Positions 36,401 to 49,944 are shown, counted from the stretch's first letter. The stretch is 64,000 bases of DNA from Octopus sinensis (GCF_006345805.1 NC_043006.1:2418001-2482000), one strand, 5' to 3'. Notes: generated by a model not told the origin, from the letters alone. Numbers and translations are program-made.

Positions 36401-39129
36401 TGTATAAGATAGGCTTCTTTACAATTTCCATATATTAAATTCACTCACACACAGGTTGGCCCAGGGCTATAACGAAAGACACATGTCCAAGGAAACCACG
36501 CAGTAAGACTGAACCCAGAACCATGTGGTTGGGAAGCGAACTTGTTACCACACAGCCACACCAAGTACGGATGTAAGAAATTTATATTGAACAGGTAGAA
36601 AAGCTTGCTGACATTATTTTGATAACAGTGGCAGTTGTGGTAAGAGTGGTTGTTGTACTAGTGGTAGTGGTCTCGTTGGTAATGGTGGAGGTTGTGGTGA
36701 GGATGGGATGGGGATGGTCGAAGAAGTTGGCATTCTTTAGTTTGAAGTTGTGGCAGTCTTACACAAAGAATAATAAGAGAAGAGGGATAAATTATAAAGC
36801 TGTAAGTATTCTGATTTGCTGCAAATAATACATTCTTCTATGGCAGAAACTATATGGCAGACAGTAAAAGGCCATGGTCTGAGAGTGGAATTCTGCTGCA
36901 TGAACCTGTAAAAGATTCCTGTTATCTCTGATACTCAAACATTATTGGTAAATAAAGACAAAAGAAAACTAACAAGCATGTGATAAGATGTGTAAAATAA
37001 GTGATAAATAAATGAATAAAATCTGATGCAGAATAATTCCTTGGCTACTTTTACTGGAATCGAGTTGCTATAAGCAGTAGCAGAATGTTACGTTGGAAGA
37101 TAAACTATTTTTAAAAATAAATGTTCTTTAACAATGTAAAAGAATTTAGATTAGTTTTACTCAATATTCACTGTTATCTTGGTGTAATTTGACTGAATAT
37201 ACACTTTGCTGTTGTAGTTTTTTTCTGTTTGTTGTTTGGTTATAGGAAAGAATATATCTATTTACTGGAATAGAACTTGTAGTTTTCCTATGTTATCATT
37301 CAAACATTAGAGATTCCTCTGGTTTTTATGAGACATACAGCTTCACCGCAAGTAAGCTGAATCCAAATTTTGTATTTTGTATCATCTTGGATGAGAACCA
37401 CCAAGGATTACGTTCATCGCCTTTGAAGAGAGAGTTTCAATAACTTGGCTACATTTTACAAATTGATTTATTTGGAGAAGAAAATTTTACAAATCAATCA
37501 CTTTCCATAGAAATCATTAATATAATTATTAATGTTGCAATATGTTAAAATATTGTAGCTTTTTTGTTTGTTTGCTTTTATTTTGAAAATATGATTCACA
37601 GATTAACTACACAATACAAATTAAGCATTGTATATTCCAATATCAAATCTAGAACCTCTTACCGTCTTTAGATAATCTTTAAGATGATATAGTGGTGAAA
37701 GACTGAATGCACATTGGATTTAAACTTATGGAACAGTGGCAGCCTTCAACTTTGTTAAATAAGGTATTGCACCTAACGTATTTAGCTGTGCACCAACTCA
37801 GGTTAAATGTATGAACAGAACGAATATTATTAATACCATATTAGCATATCTGTACAATGAAATTGATGGCATTTTAAAACAAATAAATTGAAACTGGTAT
37901 TTAACAGATGCATCAATATAACTTATATGCCATATATTTCATATAAACTCATTACAACACATCATTTGTAGCTAAACTGGGTTCTGATCAAAGTTCATTT
38001 ATCAAAAGCAGTAAATTCTATAAATAATCAATGACATTTATTATTTATAAATTCCATTCACATAAAATAAATATTATTTTGATGTTGTATCCTCTGTATA
38101 AAGATGTACAATATGTGTTCACTGCATATATTTCCTATGGTTAACACATATGAGTTTCCATATAAAATATATTACAATTGTCACATACTAAAATATTTTC
38201 AATCCACATAATATACAGTTCACACATTGCACATACACGCTGTGTGGTACCTTATACAGTACTGAACGTAATTTAGACATTCCTTCATTAAACCTTTTTT
38301 GTGAACATTGTTTGAAAAACAGCCATCTTTGAAGTGGTTTTTCCAGGTGATGAGAATTTCAGCAACAAAAGACATTTGAGGATATAAAACTTTTGTTAGC
38401 ATCAAAGTGAATGGTTCAGACTTGTGATGTCATAAAATTTATCGCAACAACTGATGCAGATATAAAGGTTTCATAGGAAACACTTCACAAGAACACCATC
38501 CTGTGTTATATATATGTCAAGGGCATTGGCCATGGCTGGAGTAAGACACTCAAACAGTGAAAGGAACACCTTGATGAATGTATAGTGTGTTCAGTGGACA
38601 TGGAAATATCTACTTGGCTGGGAATTTAGATTGGGCCAAATCACAAGCCACAATTTATATCGCAGCAAAAATTGTGATTTGCCAAAAGCAATACCTGCAT
38701 GAACTGTTAGACGGGCCTTACAAAGGATAGCACCTGGTTATGGAATTTCTTAAGTAAAGAGTTATGAAGTATCACATATTGATGCATATTACAGAATTTA
38801 TTAATGACTGGAATCTAGCCAGCCCCAAGTCAAACTGTCCAACCCATGCCAGCATGAAAAACAGACGTTAAATGATTATTACTATTATTAACTTGGTGTT
38901 TGGAAAATAAATAAACATGGAATTTTGAAGAAAGTTTTAATTTAGAATCGTTTAAAAACAGAAATTGTATTATAGAAGTAGGGGTCGTCTCAAGCAGGTT
39001 TCTATGAAAAGGATTAAATAACTTCTGAGAGAGAAACAGAGTTCATATTCACGAAAATATTGCAGAGTTCTCAGTTATAAATGTCCACGGGGAAATATAA
39101 ATAATGTACATAAACACTTAAAGATAATA

Positions 39130-40430
39130 GATGCAGGCATGGCTTCCCAACCACATGGTTCTGGGTTCAGTCCCACTGCATTGCATCTTGGGTAAGTGTC
39201 TTCTGCTATAGCCTCAGGCCAACCAAAGCCTTGTGAGTAGATTTGGTAGACAGAAACTGAATGGAGTCTGTCATACCGGGTGTGATGGGTAAATTGTCGA
39301 CATTTTATATTTTTATTTTTATGCATGTACATTGTTTGTTTTTCATTTTGTTGACTACACAGTATCGTAGGGTCAGTTGGGCACCGTCTGTGAGAAAAAC
39401 AACAGCATGATGCAATTCACTCAGCCAGAAATTTGGAAACAACATGCTGTACTGCTTGGCATTCACACCGGAAGCATCAATGCGAAAATTTCAGAGTGTT
39501 TGGGTGTCAATCTGGGGACAGTGCAGAGGATTCAGAAAGAGTTGGATGAGTCTAATGGTCATTTTGAAGGTACGGCATCTCAGAAAACTTACTTTGATCA
39601 TTCTGATAAGAAAAGAATTCCACGTAACCTCAGACTCAACACAGAGGCCTATGTCAAGTGCCTGGAGGAGGTAGTGCCACCCTGGGTCAAGAGGGTGGCT
39701 GCTGAAATACCCTATGTCTGGCAACAAGACTATGCACCATGCCACTCAGGCAGGAGAACCCAGTCCATGGCTGTCAGACAATTTCTGTGACCACATCACT
39801 CCTAACATCTCACCACCTAACTCCCCAGACTGCAACCCCCTTGATTATTATGTGAGGGGTGCAGTACAGCAAGAGACCAACAAAACTCCTTGCCATATCA
39901 AAGATGAACTGAAGGCAAGGATTATGGCAGCATTCACCAACTTAAACAAGGAGACCACCCAGAATTGTTGTAGGAGATTCTGAAGTTGTCTGGAGGCCGT
40001 GGTTGAAGCCAATGGCGATTTTATTGAATAAATTTACTCTTTAGTATTTGAAGATATTTTTATGCAATTTTGGTAAATATTTCTGTTAAAATGAAATGTC
40101 AGTGTTATTTTCATTTTTGCATAATTTAGACAATTTATTCACCACACCCTGTATATAAATATATATATGTATATATATATGTGTTTGTGTGTAGAAGGGG
40201 GTATTTCTTCGTGTGTGTCCCCACCACCACCACCACCATCACTTGACAACTGATGTTAGTGTGTTTATGTCCTCGTAACTTAGCTGATCGGCAAAAGAGG
40301 CTAATAGAATAAGTATTAGGCTTACAAAGAATATGTCCTGGTGTTGATTTCTTTGACTAAAACCCTTCAAGGCAGTGCTCCAGCATGGCTGCAGCCAAAT
40401 GATTAAAACATGTAAAAGAATGAAAGAATA
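39130..40430 (+). mobile_element. SINE family A split by the maT transposon
   Basis: Head 39130-39275 and tail 40152-40430 rejoin into one SINE A. Confidence 0.85.
39276..40151 (+). mobile_element. Tc1/mariner DD37D (maT-like) transposon, internally deleted
   Basis: TA|CCGGGTGTGATGGGTAAATTGTC ... GACAATTTATTCACCACACCCTG|TA; HTH (ISECLGVNLGTVQRI); WQQDYAPCH...SPDCNPLDY with 37 residues between D2 and D3 after correcting one frameshift. Confidence 0.92.
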
Positions 40431-40639
40431 GGAGAATATTTCAGACAATTTCTATGAGTGTAGAATGATTATTTTGTCATAATGCTTGCATGTTAATGAG
40501 CATTAAAAATAAGTCTTCATTTCTCGTATGAGGTGGGAATGACAGTATGTAAGTGTCGATGTGGGAGTGTTCTTTTCACGAGCAACTCGGGCTTGTAAAG
40601 ATGTTACTGATACAGTCTGCTTGTCACTGAAATGCAATA

Positions 40640-40960
40640 GCTTTCATAATGATCAGTTGGTTCGCAGTTGCCAGTCTGTGAAAGCAATTCACACCAAACG
40701 GAAGTGGTCTAATTGGCTGGAAAGAACCAATCATGGAACAGTCATAAGTGATAAAAGTTATTGCAAACAACTGAACAATTGAAGATGGTATCTTGCATAA
40801 TGGAGAATTAATTGTTACACCAATTTCTTTGAGAACACTCATGATAAAAGTTGTGCATGATAATGTACAGTGTGGTTCATTAGGAATCGGCTCAAATTAA
40901 AAGCTTGGAGGCTGGTTTATTGTGAGGATATGGAGTGATGTGCATGATGTCTGTCATGTC
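40640..40960 (+). mobile_element. Gypsy pol fragment (integrase zinc-binding region), highly degraded
   Basis: IEDGILHNGELIVTPISLRTLMIKVVHDNVQCG from 40778. Confidence 0.6.
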
Positions 40961-41008
40961 CTAGAATAAAACCAGAGTTACTTCACACAGTGCACACATG
41001 GTCTAAAG

Positions 41009-41301
41009 CAGTGGCTCCCAAAGTGGTTAGCACTGTGGCACCTGGGGGGGGGGGAATATCCAGAGAGGTGGGGACCATTGAAGAAAAGTGATGTGATAAT
41101 GTGGTGGCCAAAGACAGGGTGATAGATGTAAAAACAACAAAGTAATGAGTTAAATAAGTTTTATTTGTGAAATAGAGTTGGTTTGAATTTGCTGTAGAAA
41201 GTGCTCATTGTTTGTGGTGGTTGTGAGGTGGAGGGGGGGGGGCAAGGAATGCACCCTACATGCCAAGGTGGCAGCAGCCCCCAAAAGTTTGGGAACTACT
41301 G
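41009..41301. mobile_element. hAT-Charlie-type MITE
   Basis: TIRs CAGTGGCTCCCAAAGT / AGTTTGGGAACTACTG; perfect 8-bp TSD GTCTAAAG (41001-41008, 41302-41309). Confidence 0.93.
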
Positions 41302-41316
41302 GTCTAAAGTATTTAA

Positions 41317-41537
41317 CCCTTTAGCATTCAGGTTATTTTGGCAAATGTAATGCTTATTTATTCACATTATTTTGAATTAATCAGGAATTGTCTTATAGCA
41401 TCAAAATGTTGATGATGTGATTGTTTATTTTTAGAATGACATTGTAGGATAGGTGTGAGAGGTTGGATCTGGATGGTTTTGACCATAAAGCAGGCTGAAT
41501 ATTTTGGCTAGATATGGCAGGTTTAAACGCTAAAGGG
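41317..41537. mobile_element. piggyBac-type MITE (family 1, opposite orientation to 25079)
   Basis: TTAA|CCCTTTAGCATT...AACGCTAAAGGG|TTAA. Confidence 0.88.
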
Positions 41538-41749
41538 TTAAAAATATGTGTGTGGATCACATTTATGCCAAGAATTAAGGACTGTTCTTAATATTTGCAG
41601 ATGATGTTGCAAAGTGAGATGCAGAAATACAAATGAAGAATATTGAAGCAAAAACAGTTAGACAGGTTTTAAGAACTGTGTTTTCCAGAAAAGGTCTCCA
41701 AGAATCATTAGTGTCTGAGAATGCCTGTCAATTTCATGATAATGACTTA

Positions 41750-41950
41750 CGAGAGGGTGCTGGAAAGTTCCTGGCTTTAGGGGTATCGTGAAAGGTCTGG
41801 TTGGAAGCCCAACCTTCTGAGTTCTTTACAGGACTTAGAAAAACTGAAGGACCATTGCAATAAGTGTGTGAATCTGAGAGGGGAATATGTTGAGTAAGAT
41901 CATAATTAATTGCTCCTCCTGTATTTTCTTTTACCAAAAGCCAGGAAGTG
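41750..41950 (+). mobile_element. mariner-derived MITE
   Basis: TA|CGAGAGGGTGCTGGAAAGTTCCTGGC..GCCAGGAA; retains transposase C-terminus LEKLKDHCNKCVNLRGEYVE*. Confidence 0.85.
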
Positions 41951-42768
41951 TTGGACACATGATCGTAAGATTGTGGTTTTGATGTGTAGTGTTCTTGAGC
42001 AAGACACTTCATTTTACATTGCTCCAGTCCACTCTGCTGGCAAAATGAGTAATCCTATGATGGACCAGCGTCCCATCTGGATGAGGAATATATATAGGTG
42101 TAGGAGTGGCTGTGTGGTAAGTAGCTTGCTTACCAACCACATGGTTCCTGGTTCAGTCCCACTGTGTGGCACCTTGGGCAAGTGTCTTCTACTATAGCCT
42201 CGGGCCGACCAAAGCCTTGTGAGTGGACTTGGTAAGCGGAAGCTGAAAGAAGCCTGTCGTACATACTGGGGCCAGGCGAGGCTGGCAACAGCCACGAACA
42301 GATGGTGCTTTTACGGCTCAAATATGAGGTTGTTTTTATCAAAAGCAGGCACCAGGGGGCAACTTGTTTATTTTTCTTCCTTTCTTTTCTTTTTTTTTTA
42401 TGTGGCACCAGAACTAGTGAGGTCACCATGCAGACCTCACAAAACCAGCAATAGAAGAACCATGCCAAGCACAGTAGAGACCATGGTGCAGTCTTTTGAA
42501 TCATAAGACACTGTGAAATTGTCCAACACATGCCACTGTGGAACATGGATGTTAAAAGATTAGGAGGAGGAGGGGGAGGAGGAGTTTGTGGAGAGGAGAG
42601 GAGGAGGAAGAGGAGGAGAGGATGAGGAGGGAGAGAAGGAAGAGGGACAGAAGAATGGGAGGGGAAGGGTTAGGGGAGGATGGGGGAAGAGGAGGAGCAA
42701 AGGTGAGAAGATGGAGGAAGAGGATATAAAATTCCTGCAACACTAAAACGTTTGCATAATAATAATAA

Positions 42769-42800
<32 letters not shown>

Positions 42801-43224
42801 CAACAACAGCAACAACAATAATAATGATAATATTCTTCGTGTGTTCATCATATGATCATACCTCCATCTTTAATTAATCCTCTGCCCTTCATATGTTTAT
42901 TGTGTGATAATTCCTCAGCCACTGATAATCCTCTGTCCTTTATATAATAAAACCTTTCACTGTAATTATTATTTTGTCCTTCATGTGCCCATTGTGTGAT
43001 AATCCCTCCAGTTTTAATTATCGTTATGATGTCCTCCACATGTTTATTACGTGATAATTCTTTCAGTTTTAATTATTATTGTGTCCTTCATATATTCATT
43101 ATCTGTTTATTCCCTCAGCTTTACTCTATATTGTTTCGGCATCTCTACAAATGGTCTTTAGTCTCTTGTCTGTTTCGTGATGATCTTCTATTCACAGAAT
43201 TCATCTTTTGTTGTCTTCGATGAA

Positions 43225-43350
43225 TACTTCTACCCCAATGCAATTGTTACCACATTATAGCTTGATTCTACCTGCATTAAACCAGCCTCTGTCTTCTTCC
43301 GGCTTGTCCTTGCTTTAATTTAAGCCAGCGAACTTTTGAATGATGTGCTT
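43225..43350 (-). mobile_element. R4/Dong-like RT fragment
   Basis: Minus translation RKKTEAGLMQVESSYNVVTIALG*KY resembles the R..GG.GL..VE..Y motif. Confidence 0.4.
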
Positions 43351-43609
43351 GCTATAAAAATTTAACAACAAAAGCGCTTACACACACAATATGAAAATTT
43401 CCTTCCAAAAAGTTTGTGTTATTCTATTTTTCAAAGATTTATATAAATACTCTTTTACTTGGTTTCAGGGATTTGACCGCGGCCATGTGGGAGCACCACC
43501 TTTAGTCGAGCAAATCAACCCCAGGACTGCTGGTATTTGAGTACTCTTTTTTCACAAGAAGAGGTGGGGACAGCGACTTTGAAATTTTGCCTACTTTTAT
43601 TTTATTTTT

Positions 43610-43982
43610 TCCCCAGCGTTGCTCGGGCTTGTTTTCTTTTCGACCCTTTAGAATTGGAATTTTTGAAAAGTAAAAATTTTGCATTATGTAGCTTGTTATT
43701 CTCTTTAAGTGAACATTTTTCAGGTTGAAAGACACCGAAAAATGGTGACACAGCAGTCAAAAAATCGTAAAAAATAGGGATTTTCATAGAAAAAAAAAGC
43801 ACCTTTTTGATGTAAATAATTTTTGCTGTTAACATGGTCCGATTTGAATTTTTTCTTCTACAGAATGAAGAGCAAGCCTTCTTCTATCATACTCTCGATT
43901 TTGGTCAACTTGTGCCTCAGGGTCACGGAGGAGATAGTGTTAGTTGAAGGCTACCAAACCTGCCACACACAGGCAACTTCAG
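43610..43982 (+). mobile_element. Probable non-autonomous Helitron/HINE-like element
   Basis: 5' hairpin 'cccagcgttgctcggg' and 3' 'cacacaggcaacttcag', as seen in invertebrate Helitron-derived repeats (recalled pattern). Confidence 0.45.
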
Positions 43983-44121
43983 TCAGCTCAACGCCAGTTT
44001 GATCTCATGCAGCATGACTGGCATGAAGGGACCAGTGCTTCCCACTGAGGCGGACCAGTAGACTGAAACCACAGGATACAGGAATTAAAGGGCCCATCAC
44101 AGGCAAATTTCATCTACTACA

Positions 44122-44369
44122 ATCTATGTGTGTGCTTTTATGCACCGAGCACCAAAATGAGAAGATCTCTCAAGGTTACCAATGCAGTATTCGGTATTCT
44201 AACAAGGTATCCATATTAAGTTGGCTATAAAGGGTTACCTCTTTGATCTATGTGTGTGCTTTTATGTACCAAGTGCTTGAATGAGAGGGTCTCTCAAGGC
44301 TACCAATGCAGTATTTGGTGTTCTAACAAGGCATCCATGTTAAGTTGGATATAAATTTTACCTTTTGGT
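44122..44369. repeat. Diverged tandem duplication, 124-bp unit x2
   Basis: 'atctatgtgtgtgcttttatg' at 44122 and 44246. Confidence 0.9.
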
Positions 44370-44977
44370 ATTAATAACGTTTCCATCGCTAGAACATTTT
44401 GCTGATGGGAAAATGACAACAGAGAATAACAACAGGATCACAGCACGTATACATTTTCACAGAGATGCAGGTGTGTACATGCACACACATGTACACACGT
44501 ATGACAGGCTTCGTACAGTTTTCATCTAGCAAATTCATTCCCAGAGCATTAGTCAATCTAGGGCAATGATAGGAGACACTTCTGCAAGATGCCACGCAGT
44601 GGGAATGAACCTGGAACCATGTGGTTGCTAAGTGAGCTTAGCTATAAAGCTGTAAATGCACCTCCATGTATGCATGAGTATACTTACACACACATGTAGA
44701 CATGTGTATCATTTTCAGCATCATTAGCCACCATCATTATTTAATCTCCTCCTTCTGTGCCAGCATGGGTTGCACAATTTGACAGGAGCTGGCAAGCCAG
44801 GGGATTGCACCAAGCCCTACTATCAGCCTTGGCACGGCTTCTACAACTGGATGCTCTTCTTAAAAGCCAATCACTTTACAGAGTGTACAGGGTACTTTTT
44901 ATGTGGCACCAGCATCAGTGAGATGAGCAAGTAACTTGCAAGACAAAGACCTCTCAAATGAGAGGGGGAATGGCATT

Positions 44978-45182
44978 GAGCTGGCAGAAACGTTAGCACG
45001 CCGGGTGAAATGCTTAGCGGAATTTCGTCTGCCTTTACGTTCTGAGTTCAAATTCCGCCGAAGTTGACTTTGCCTTTCATCCTTTCGGGGTCGATAAATT
45101 AAGTACTAGTTGTATACTGGGGTCGATCTAATCGACTGGCCCCCTCTCCCAAAATTTCGAGCCTTGTGCCTAGATTAGAAAC
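44978..45182 (+). mobile_element. SINE family B
   Basis: 'gagctggcagaaacgttagcacgccggg..gagttcaaattcc..tttcatcctttcggggtcgataaattaagtac'. Confidence 0.9.
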
Positions 45183-45264
45183 GATTGAGGGTGGTGGCTT
45201 TGTGTCAGTTGATGAGAGGTTAAACTATCATAGAAGGACAGAATGTAATAATATAATATAGATG

Positions 45265-45310
<46 letters not shown>

Positions 45311-45867
45311 GAGAGAGAAAGAGAGAGATTATAAGTTAGAAGGGATTCAATACTCCATGCAACACACACAATTGAGTGTGATGTGGTGTGATGCGATTTG
45401 AGTTAGATTTGGTTGCTATTTCTAGAGGTTAAATTACCATATCGAGGTCCTGTCATTGATCTTTAATAGGAAGGTAGGTGCAGGCTGGTGCATTGGCAGA
45501 AAAAGCAGTGTCTGACAAAACGCTTTGTGATATTTGTTCCAGCTCTTTATGTTCTGAGTTCAAATCCTGACCAGGTCAACTTTGTCTTTCATTCTTTGAG
45601 GGTCAATAAAATCCCACAATCCCAGTAAAGCATTGAGATCAATGGCACTGGCTAATTCCTAACTGCTAAACCATAAACCATTCTGAAGGTAGGTTGTCAG
45701 TATTACTTCAGATCAGACTTAATGGATTAACAGTATTTAGTTACGTTTATCTATGTTAATTTTCTACAGTTGATAGACTAAAGATTAGTAAAATGCTGGG
45801 AAAACTAGATTGCTTACTCCCCTTCTTCACACGTTGTAGCCTCATGTTTATGTTTGAAATCATTATT

Positions 45868-46100
45868 TTCTATTTCTTTATTGCCCACAAGGGGCTAAAC
45901 ACAGAGGGGACAATCAAGGACAGACAAACGGATTAAGTCGATTACATCGACCCCAGTGCGTAACTGGTACTTAATTTATCGACCCCCCCGAAAGGATGAA
46001 AGGCAAAGTCGACCTCGGTGGAATTTGAACTCAGAACGTAACGGCAGAATGAAATACGGCTTCGCATTTCGCGTGCTGATGTTTTCGCCAGCTCACCGCC
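45868..46100 (-). mobile_element. SINE family B variant with Tx1/L1-like tail and TSD
   Basis: TGAAATCATTATT at 45855-45867 and 46111-46123; tail matches the LINE 3' end at 58902-58937. Confidence 0.88.
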
Positions 46101-46367
46101 TTTGAAATAATGAAATCATTATTGTCATATGCGAAGTGGTTAGACATTACCATACTAGATTCCTTAAAATGTAGCTGAACAGACCATCAAATTGCAATGA
46201 AGAAAATAAATATCAAAACAGCAACTATCTCCAGTAACAGATGATATTTAGATGCCTCCCCCACCCAAAAATATTTGTTGTTAAATTTTCATTTTGAAAA
46301 TTATTTGCAATTCTGCAGAGTTACAAACAATAAAAACTGTAGCAGAGAATTGAGAGTTACAGATTAA

Positions 46368-46587
46368 CCCTTTCGTTACCAACCCGGCTGAAACCGGATC
46401 TGGCTCTGAGTACAAATGTCTTGTTTTCATAAGTTTTGAATTAAAATCTTCCACCAAACCTTTGTCACAATTTATGTTCCTAACACTAGCTGAATGGTAA
46501 CTAAGTTATTTTACTAAATTCTTTGTTATATTTAAAGTAATTGAAAGAAACACAGAGCATCTCAAAATAAATACAGTAACGAAAGGG
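46368..46587. mobile_element. piggyBac-type MITE (family 2)
   Basis: TTAA|CCCTTTCGTTAC...GTAACGAAAGGG|TTAA, perfect 12-bp TIR. Confidence 0.92.
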
Positions 46588-47894
46588 TTAAGAGCCACAT
46601 TTTGTGTCCATCTCCTCACCCACGAAATAGCAATAGTATCAGACCATTTTGGAAATATGCTACTTCCGTTTAAATAAGATATACATTTCTAACAGGAATG
46701 GTGTAGTTATAGAATGCACAACATAACTTAAAATTAAATTAACTTTAAAAATATGTTTTGTGAAGAAATTCAGAGATTAAAGAGAAAGTAGGAGAGTAAC
46801 AGTTGTGCTATTGTGATATCTGACTGCTGCTGCCGTTCCATTCTAAAGAGCTTTATAGACATTCCTCTTTTGCATTCCTTCATCTATTGTAACTGCTACA
46901 TTTGTACAGCTTGACATCAAAACTGAGTCTCATGTATAATGTTGTGTGTTACAGTGATAGATGTAACAGTGACTAAGTTGCTGATATATAAAAGGAAGTG
47001 TGTGGGTGATTATCAGTCCCTCAGGCACCTCAGAATTAATAGAAAATGAGTCAGAGAAAACCTGCTGTTATGTATAAATTACTTCTTCATAGGAGTTCAA
47101 CATGGAGAAATACAAGTCTTAACTAGTATGATTTGTCTGCTCAAGATTCAAAGACGGTTCTGTAAAGAGACTTTTTTTTTTTCAAAGATGGAACATTTTA
47201 GGTTATACTTTCAACTGTTACACAACTTATTTAGATTTACCATTAAATTTGAGAGGTATTAGAGATGTGTGGGTTAAAATCAGACTGGCATTGTGTTTTG
47301 GCCATGAGTAGAAGTTCTTTGGTTTGGTACACTTATCATCAAAATTTATCAAATGATGAAGCTTCTCTCTGATGTAGAAGGCAGCTGCTGTACCATCACC
47401 AACACTTTTGATGCTCATGTACACTTTGACCCTGTAACCTTTTTCAGTAAAGATAAATTTTTATGAGAATCCTTTTTAGCAAACATGTATAAAAATCATT
47501 CTGGAAGGGTAACGCCACTGGAGTTGAGGAATGTAGGCATATTGGTAGCAGAGAAATGGATAAAGTAAATAGTTTATCTTAGTATGTGACAGGACAATTA
47601 AACTATAATTACCTTTAGACTCATCATACACAACAAGATAGTAAGGACTGACAGATGAAGAAAAGGACCATGTCTATGGGGGTCATCTTGTAGACCAGTT
47701 CAGTAGTGAATGACCACAACCATGCTAAGGAGATTTAGTGTTGGACAACACCATGACCACTTCTTTGACATACATGAAGCTTATTGATGAAGTATGAAGA
47801 ATGAGGATGGTGCAAACCTGTTGGAGTCCTGTAATGACTTGACCATCCGAAACACTAACTTAGGAAGCTCACCAGCCACAGGTTTCTTTGTTTT

Positions 47895-47919
47895 CTACTA
47901 CTACTACTACTACTATGAT

Positions 47920-47975
<56 letters not shown>

Positions 47976-47976
47976 T

Positions 47977-48036
<60 letters not shown>

Positions 48037-48112
48037 CACCAACCACCACCACCACCACCACCACCACCACCACAACCACAACCACCACCACCACTACTAC
48101 TACTACTATGAC
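47895..48112. repeat. (CTA)n/(CCA)n microsatellite
   Basis: Direct reading. Confidence 0.95.
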
Positions 48113-48569
48113 TACACCTCCCCTCACATACTCCTAACCTACTTGTCTCTCTCTCTCTCTCTCTCTCTCTACCTTGTGTGAAAGGAATTCCAAATGTGGA
48201 AACAACTGTAGAATTGAGCAGTCTCAAAGTAAACCCAACAAAGACAAATGTTTGAGTTAAAGAAAAGGAGAAAGGACTCTGCAGTCAACTGGGATATGAT
48301 CATGTCTGATATGCAGAAGAGGAGTAAGGTAGTAATTCCTTATAGGGTACCAAATGCAAACTATGGATACACAAGTGATGTAGTGTGATTGCAAGCAAGA
48401 CGGCAGAGATGGAAGACCCCATATAAGGGAGATGCACAAGAGTATTTGGCTGTAAGTCTGCACTTGATATATAAATTCCTTCAAGTGCTGCTTATATATA
48501 TATATATATATACACCTAATACTCTCTCATACACACACACACACTCTTCTCATACACACACACACACAC

Positions 48570-48903
48570 TCTTATGTTGGAGTGAGGTCATTCAACCCTA
48601 TTATCTCCCCTAATTTCGCTCTTGCGTCTCATGTTTGATCTTTGACTTCTGGCCGAAATCAGATCGCCATGTTGATTCGCTAGCTTCTGCACGCATATTT
48701 CTTTTCTCTCCTTCTTTCTGTGTTTTTTCTCTGTGTATCTTTCTGTTGAAGAGCATAGGCTCGACACGTTAAAGACTTGTTTTATTTATATTTCCTGAGC
48801 GCCATACTAATACAACTGTTTGTTTGTATTCCACCTGCCTTTGTCTTTTGTTTATTTCCGTAAACCTGCCTTCGTCTTTTGTTTATTTTCATAAAGCTTC
48901 CCG

Positions 48904-48905
<2 letters not shown>
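48570..48905 (+). mobile_element. Penelope-pLTR-like repeat with degenerate hammerhead-like motif
   Basis: CTGTTGA-a-GAGC atag GCTC-GACA-CG-TT-aaag at ~48743; related to 25430-25600 and 26260-26428; flanked by CA/TA tracts. Confidence 0.5.
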
Positions 48906-48959
<54 letters not shown>

Positions 48960-49944
48960 TATACCTCTTATATAATATTCAACTTGTATAACTCAATATC
49001 CTAAAATATTATACCTAACAATAACTATTAAATTAATTCTAACTATTAATATAATACAATATAATAATTTATAAAGCATAATTACAAAATAAATTTACAT
49101 TAACTATTTTATACTCAAATACCAATTAATTTAAATATTAAGAAGTTGTTGATAGTTTCTGTCTCCTAGGTGATGAAATTGGCAGTGGAAGTTGGTACTC
49201 TGAAAACTTAGTGACCGGAGTAAAAACAGGGGAAAAGCAAGTTTATTTCTGCAAGCAACAAAGTGATTCTCTCTTTGAGTGAAGCACAATTCTGCATATT
49301 TCACTTACTATAATGAACTTCATACACAGGAACATCTTGGAAAACTCACAGAAAAAAGTTCTGCGGCAATGGAGAGCAATGGAACATACAATTGCAAATC
49401 TGCACCTAAACCTCTTGGGATGGATTGCTTTTTCCCCAAAATTATGGAGTAAATTTGGTAGCATCGAGAGTAACTGAGAAGACCATTCCAAAGATAGCAC
49501 TGCTTACCTGCAAATCAGGAAGGACATAACAGATATTCTAGACAAAGTTTGCCTAATTCAGGAACTGACCAGCAAAGCCGTGGCTGCTGATTGTCTTCTC
49601 TTTTCAGGCTTCCATGGGGACATCCAAGTAACTTACAAATTCCAAAGAATTTGTTGTACTTGGACAGAAGCTAACCTCCATAATATGTATGCTTTCCTTT
49701 GAGATTTGCAGAATCCAGGTTGGTTGCAGATTCACAAGGCTTGAATCAAGACAGTTCCAGAGATTTGTAAATATGTGAGTTAATGCATGTATTTATGTTT
49801 ATTGTTTGTGTAGATATACTTGTACATAGGTAATGAGTATACACACTGAAGTATAGGAATGTGTATGTGCAATAACGCTTTTATGTATGCGTGTATACAT
49901 CTGTCTATCTGTCTATCAAACAGCCTATCTGTCTGGTTTATGCA

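Larger units (their letters stand above)
47600..49240 (+). mobile_element. Ancient fragmented RTE LINE
   Basis: KNEDGANLLESCNDLTIRNTN (APE), SLKVNPTKTNV, TKCKLWIHK*CS, EVVDSFCLLGD in the same order as in the RTE at 19803-23204. Confidence 0.7.

Noticed and set aside
38220-38760. Short minus ORF and possible Tc1-like remnant
   Set aside because: No convincing motif in any frame
47227-47424. 65-aa minus ORF (..GDGTAAAFYIREKL..)
   Set aside because: Weak acceptor; only a vague likeness to a LINE endonuclease GGGVA.Y motif; cannot be assigned
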